DNA of 64,000 bases. It comes from Negaprion brevirostris (taxonomy: Eukaryota). The position numbers and the translations under genes were made by a program. Positions 59,463 to 64,000 of this stretch are shown in pieces. The stretch is from the NCBI GenBank assembly GCA_030324005.1, contig JARDVH010000025.1, positions 54,132,702 through 54,196,701 of the forward strand. Reading direction: 5' to 3'. Every line of letters starts with the position of its first letter. Position 1 is the first letter of the stretch. The notes under the pieces are model-generated. The model worked only from the letters and a program-made list of their open reading frames with translations. It was not told the origin of the DNA and ran no database searches.

Positions 59463-59464
59463 AC

Positions 59465-60120
59465 TATAAGACTACAAGATATAGGAACAGAAGTAGGCCG
59501 TTTGAACCATGTATCATACTCTGCCTTTCAATGAGATCATGACTGACCTGATGTGATAATCCTCAATTCCATTTTCCCGCTTTATGCCCTTAATCCTTGA
59601 TTCCCTTACTGTTTAAAAATCTGTTTATTTCAAGCTTGAACACACTTAGCGAGCCAACCCCTGTGGTCCCCTGCAGTAAAGAATTCCACAGATTCACTAT
59701 CTTCTGAGAAAAGATATTCCTCCTTATCTTTATCTTAAATGGACAACCCTGAGATTATTCTGAGATTAAGCCTTCTGGTCCAACATTCTCCCACAAGGGC
59801 AAACAACCTTTCAGTGTCTACCTTGTTGAACCACGTGTGAATCCTATTTGACTCAATAAGGTCACCTCTCATTCTTCTAAACCCCATTAAGCACGGGCCC
59901 AACTGACTCAACCTCTCCTCATAAGAAAATCCCCCTATACCAAGATCAACCTAGTGACCCTTCTTTGACTGCCTCCAATTCTTTCCTTAGATAAGGAGAT
60001 CAAAACTATTCTCATTATTCCACATGTAATTTAACTAGTGCTTTGCATAGTTTTAAAAAGACTACCCTACTTCTATTCTCCATTTCCTTTTCAAATAAAG
60101 ACCAATGTTCCATTTTCATT
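59465..60120 (-). mobile_element. CR1 3' end nested in SINE B
   Basis: ataggaacagaagtaggcc...ttcaatgagatcatg, a reversed CR1 tail and C-terminal ORF2 region. Confidence 0.8.
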
Positions 60121-60247
60121 CCATTCTCTTCCCGCTCCTAGTGGTGTGTTAAGATAGACTTTCATCTGTTTCTGTGGCTAGTAATTCCTGGAACATATTG
60201 CTAGTCTGTCATCAAGCATTCCATCTTCCTTCCATATTCCGTAGTGG

Positions 60248-60550
60248 GGTGGCACAGCAGTGCTTAGCATTGCTGCCTCACAGCCCCAGGGACTTGGGTT
60301 TGATTCTTGGCTTCGGTCACTGTGCAGAGTCTGCATATTCTTCCCGCGTCTGTATGGATTTCTTCTGGGTGCTCCGATTTCTTTCTACAGTCCAAAAGGT
60401 GTTCTGCATCTGAAAAGCACATATTGGCCATGCTAAATTCTCCCTCAGTGTACCCAAACAGCACCAGAGTGTGGCGAGTAGGGGATTTTCACAGTAACCT
60501 CATTGCAATGTTAATGTAAGCCTGTTCATGACAAATAAATAAACTTTATT
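60248..60550 (+). mobile_element. HE1-like SINE with alternative tail
   Basis: tRNA head, V-domain, cagtaacctcattgcaatgttaatgtaagcct..aataaataaacttt. Confidence 0.85.
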
Positions 60551-60724
60551 TTAAAAAAAGTATTACTGCTGAACTTGCATGCTAGCTGTTTGTGATTTAC
60601 ACACAAGAATCTCCAAGTGCCCCTGTGCTGCAGCTTTGTGCAATCTTCTCCAGCTTAAATTCAAATCCACATCTGTGGCTGACTCTTGACTGCCCTCCGA
60701 AATGGCCTCAGCAAGTCACTAAGT

Positions 60725-60870
60725 TAGAATCATAGAGTCATAGAGGTTTACATCATGGAAACAGACCCTTTGGCCCAAGTTGTCCATGCCACCCAGTTTT
60801 TATCATTAATCTAGTCTCAATTGCCTGCATTTGGCCCGCTATATCAATTTTACTCATGTAACTATCTATA
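60725..60870 (-). mobile_element. CR1 extreme 3' end
   Basis: agaatcatagagtcatagaggtttaca..ggaaacagaccctttggcccaa, matching 11630-11770. Confidence 0.75.
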
Positions 60871-61039
60871 GCGTCATACTTCAAGGTCAATTAGGTATGG
60901 AATGTAAATGCTAGCTTTGTCAGCAACACCCATATCCTATGAAAGGATAAATTAAAAAGAAAAACTACAACAACAGGAGAATGATAACAGTAGCAATTTC
61001 TACAGTTATGCCTAAGGACATGCTTCATTATTTTAATGA

Positions 61040-61250
61040 AGTATACCCTAAGCTGTTGAAGGAAGCAAGAGGTGGGGTTACAGAGGCTCTGGTCATAAAT
61101 TTGCAATCTATCTTAAACATGCAAACTGAGTTGGCCTGGCTTGAGAATGGCTGATGTAACAGCTCTAAACTAGAAGAAAGAGGAGGATAAACTGTAGACT
61201 AGGTAGTCTAACATCAGTTGTGATTAAAATGCTGAAGCCTTAAATTCTGA
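61040..61250 (+). mobile_element. CR1 pre-RT fragment, decayed
   Basis: YPKLLKEAR..EAL..RMADVTAL..SLTSVV-like segments. Confidence 0.55.
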
Positions 61251-61623
61251 AGGTTTGTTCAAATGTAAACAGATCTAACTAAGCAGATGAGGGAGGTCAT
61301 TTGGGAATTTGAAATGATACAATATTTCACTGTCAGGGAGACAATATTGTTGTGCTTTAGCTAAGGGTCAGCTTTGTAAATGACTGGTTTATACCAGGAT
61401 AATGTCAGAGGCTGAATTTTCCTTCATGATCCTCCTGAAATCAGACAAGAATGCAACAGAAAGTGGGCCAAAATTAGGTGATAAGGCTTGCTATCACATT
61501 CCCACCTTAAGGGAAACATTCCTCCCCAACCTCACTAGGATTGGCACTTACGCACTTTGTTGAAGTTTTCTGTTTGAAAATGCCAGTGGATGGCAAAGGC
61601 TGGATTTCTCATTCATTGGGTTC

Positions 61624-61758
61624 TTGGGTTCATGTCACACTATCTGTAACCCCCATAACTTGCCTGAACTTGCAACATCTTACTTACTGTCCTGTCTGGA
61701 GACAATACACATCTCTTTAACCTATGCTAATGCTATCTCCACTCACATTGTCTGCATC
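61624..61758 (+). mobile_element. Penelope-like ORF end and 3' region (runs into gap)
   Basis: GFMSHYL* followed by sequence homologous to 2355-2415. Confidence 0.7.
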
Positions 61759-62477
61759 NNNNNNNNNNNNNNNNNNNNNNNNNNNNNNNNNNNNNNNNNN
61801 NNNNNNNNNNNNNNNNNNNNNNNNNNNNNNNNNNNNNNNNNNNNNNNNNNNNNNNNNNNNNNNNNNNNNNNNNNNNNNNNNNNNNNNNNNNNNNNNNNNN
61901 NNNNNNNNNNNNNNNNNNNNNNNNNNNNNNNNNNNNNNNNNNNNNNNNNNNNNNNNNNNNNNNNNNNNNNNNNNNNNNNNNNNNNNNNNNNNNNNNNNNN
62001 NNNNNNNNNNNNNNNNNNNNNNNNNNNNNNNNNNNNNNNNNNNNNNNNNNNNNNNNNNNNNNNNNNNNNNNNNNNNNNNNNNNNNNNNNNNNNNNNNNNN
62101 NNNNNNNNNNNNNNNNNNNNNNNNNNNNNNNNNNNNNNNNNNNNNNNNNNNNNNNNNNNNNNNNNNNNNNNNNNNNNNNNNNNNNNNNNNNNNNNNNNNN
62201 NNNNNNNNNNNNNNNNNNNNNNNNNNNNNNNNNNNNNNNNNNNNNNNNNNNNNNNNNNNNNNNNNNNNNNNNNNNNNNNNNNNNNNNNNNNNNNNNNNNN
62301 NNNNNNNNNNNNNNNNNNNNNNNNNNNNNNNNNNNNNNNNNNNNNNNNNNNNNNNNNNNNNNNNNNNNNNNNNNNNNNNNNNNNNNNNNNNNNNNNNNNN
62401 NNNNNNNNNNNNNNNNNNNNNNNNNNNNNNNNNNNNNNNNNNNNNNNNNNNNNNNNNNNNNNNNNNNNNNNNNNNNN

Positions 62478-62700
62478 AGCTTCTTCCCTGCTGCTGTCAG
62501 ACTTTTCAATGGACTTACCTTGCATTAAGTTGATCTTTCTCTACACCCTAGCTACAACTGTAACACTACATTCTGCACTCTCTCATTTCCTTCTCTATGA
62601 ACAGTATGCTTTATCTGTATAGCATGTAAAAAATAATACTTTTCACTGTATGTTAATACATGTGACTATAATAAATCGAATCAAATCCAATCAAAATCAA
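62478..62700 (+). mobile_element. Rex1/Babar-type LINE 3' end
   Basis: agcttcttccctgctgctgtcagactt...ataaatcgaatcaaatc tail; matches 12590-12800. Confidence 0.85.
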
Positions 62701-63499
62701 TCCCTGCATTCTTTCTTGAAATAGGACCAAAAATCATTAACAGGCAGATCCTGGCACTTACGTTGGGATCAACTCCCTGGAGAATTTTGGGGCCAAGACA
62801 TTAAGCTTCTCTTATTAATCTTAAGTCAATGTGTGCTTCAGAAGAGGAAATGGAGCCACATTTACTGTATCCTCACAGACAGATGTGATTTTTAGCTTTG
62901 TGGCCAACCTGATGATGATTGCAGAGGCTGGTAGTGACCATTTTACTGCTTGTGTGCTGCAAAGAGAAACTTAATTTTACACAGTATTAGGGAATTGGCA
63001 GCTTCTTGTGAAGAAAACTCAGCAAATAGTAGGAAACCAAAAATATTACTTTTGTGCTGAGGATCTGTAAGCAGCTTGAACAATCAGAAGAATTTTTAAA
63101 CACCACGCATCATTCCGATATGTTCCCCGCAATAGTTCGAAGTGCACAGTTTAGACATGAACAGCTCTTCAACTGAATCTTACAAATAAACCAAGACCTG
63201 TTAAAGATGTTAGAAGCACATCCATCTGTTGTGAAAATGTGACAGGCTCTGCTTTCAGCTCACTAGGGTGTTAGGAATGTTTCTTGAAATCTCTTCAACT
63301 AGACAGCAAGTGAGAGTAAAAGTTGGCAGCAGCATTGAAATAAAATCTATTTTTTCAGCTGTTTTCAATTACCCTTTCCTTGTGCTTAAAATCTTAAGCC
63401 TCGATGAGACGTCTATCACTGGGCATCTGAGACCTGGTGAAAATTCTTATGTCAAATATCTTTAATTATTGCAAACCCTCTTTGAATAAAATGATATTG

Positions 63500-64000
63500 T
63501 ACAGAGAGAGAGGCCATACAGCCCATCATGCCTGTATTGGACCTTTAGAGTTACCTAATTAATCCCATTTCCCTGCTCTTATCCCATAGCCCAGCACTTG
63601 TATTTTTCATTTACGTATTTATCCAACTCTCTTTACAGTGCTAAAAATGATTCTTTATGTTACCCCTGGTCTTTTGGGGTCTTCTGTTTATGGATCTTTC
63701 AGCCATTGGAAACAACTTCTCCTCATGCTCTATAAAAAACAATCATGATAGATAATCTTTGTCATCCCACACCTCAACCTTCCCTGATCCAAGGAGAAAA
63801 TCCCCAGCTTCAATCGCTCCACATAACTGAAGTTCCACATTCCTGGTACTATTCCATGAAATCACTTCTGCAGTCTCTCTGAGGTCTTGACACCCTTCCT
63901 CAAGTGTTGTGTCCATAACTGAACAAATATTCCAACTGAAATCTAACCAATGTTTTGGGAAGGTTTACCATAACTTTCTTGTTCTTGCGTTCCATGGCCA
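63500..64000 (-). mobile_element. Old CR1 3' region
   Basis: gaggccatacagcccatc reversed tail followed by decayed ORF2 C-terminus. Confidence 0.6.

Noticed and set aside
1796-62622. Long ORFs of 140-400 aa in the ORF track (e.g. 33737-34960, 61624-62622, 6949-7537)
   Set aside because: They consist almost entirely of X from N-runs

Overview
Eukaryotic, repeat-rich genomic DNA with many N-gaps. It is most likely from a shark (elasmobranch), inferred from HE1-type V-SINEs, a SacSINE1-like DeuSINE and CR1/HER1-type LINEs. No intact host gene is recognisable, and the ORF track mostly reflects decayed transposons, N-runs or chance ORFs. The window holds CR1, a second CR1/L2-group LINE family, Rex1/Babar-type LINEs, several tRNA-derived SINE families, Penelope-like elements (RT, GIY-YIG and terminal repeats with minimal hammerhead ribozymes), three decayed Ty3/Gypsy pieces, and PIF/Harbinger remnants with MITEs. 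The most unusual object is a ~0.3-0.5 kb minus-strand element at ~55.19-55.67 kb. It carries two U2 snRNA 5'-end copies (one with 6 of 7 A's changed to G), an octamer motif, tandem hairpin modules and a (GATTT)-like tail, and is a candidate U2-headed SINE-like RNA element. All family assignments are by eye from motifs and need a Repbase/Dfam/Rfam check. Boundaries are approximate unless a target-site duplication (TSD) is given.
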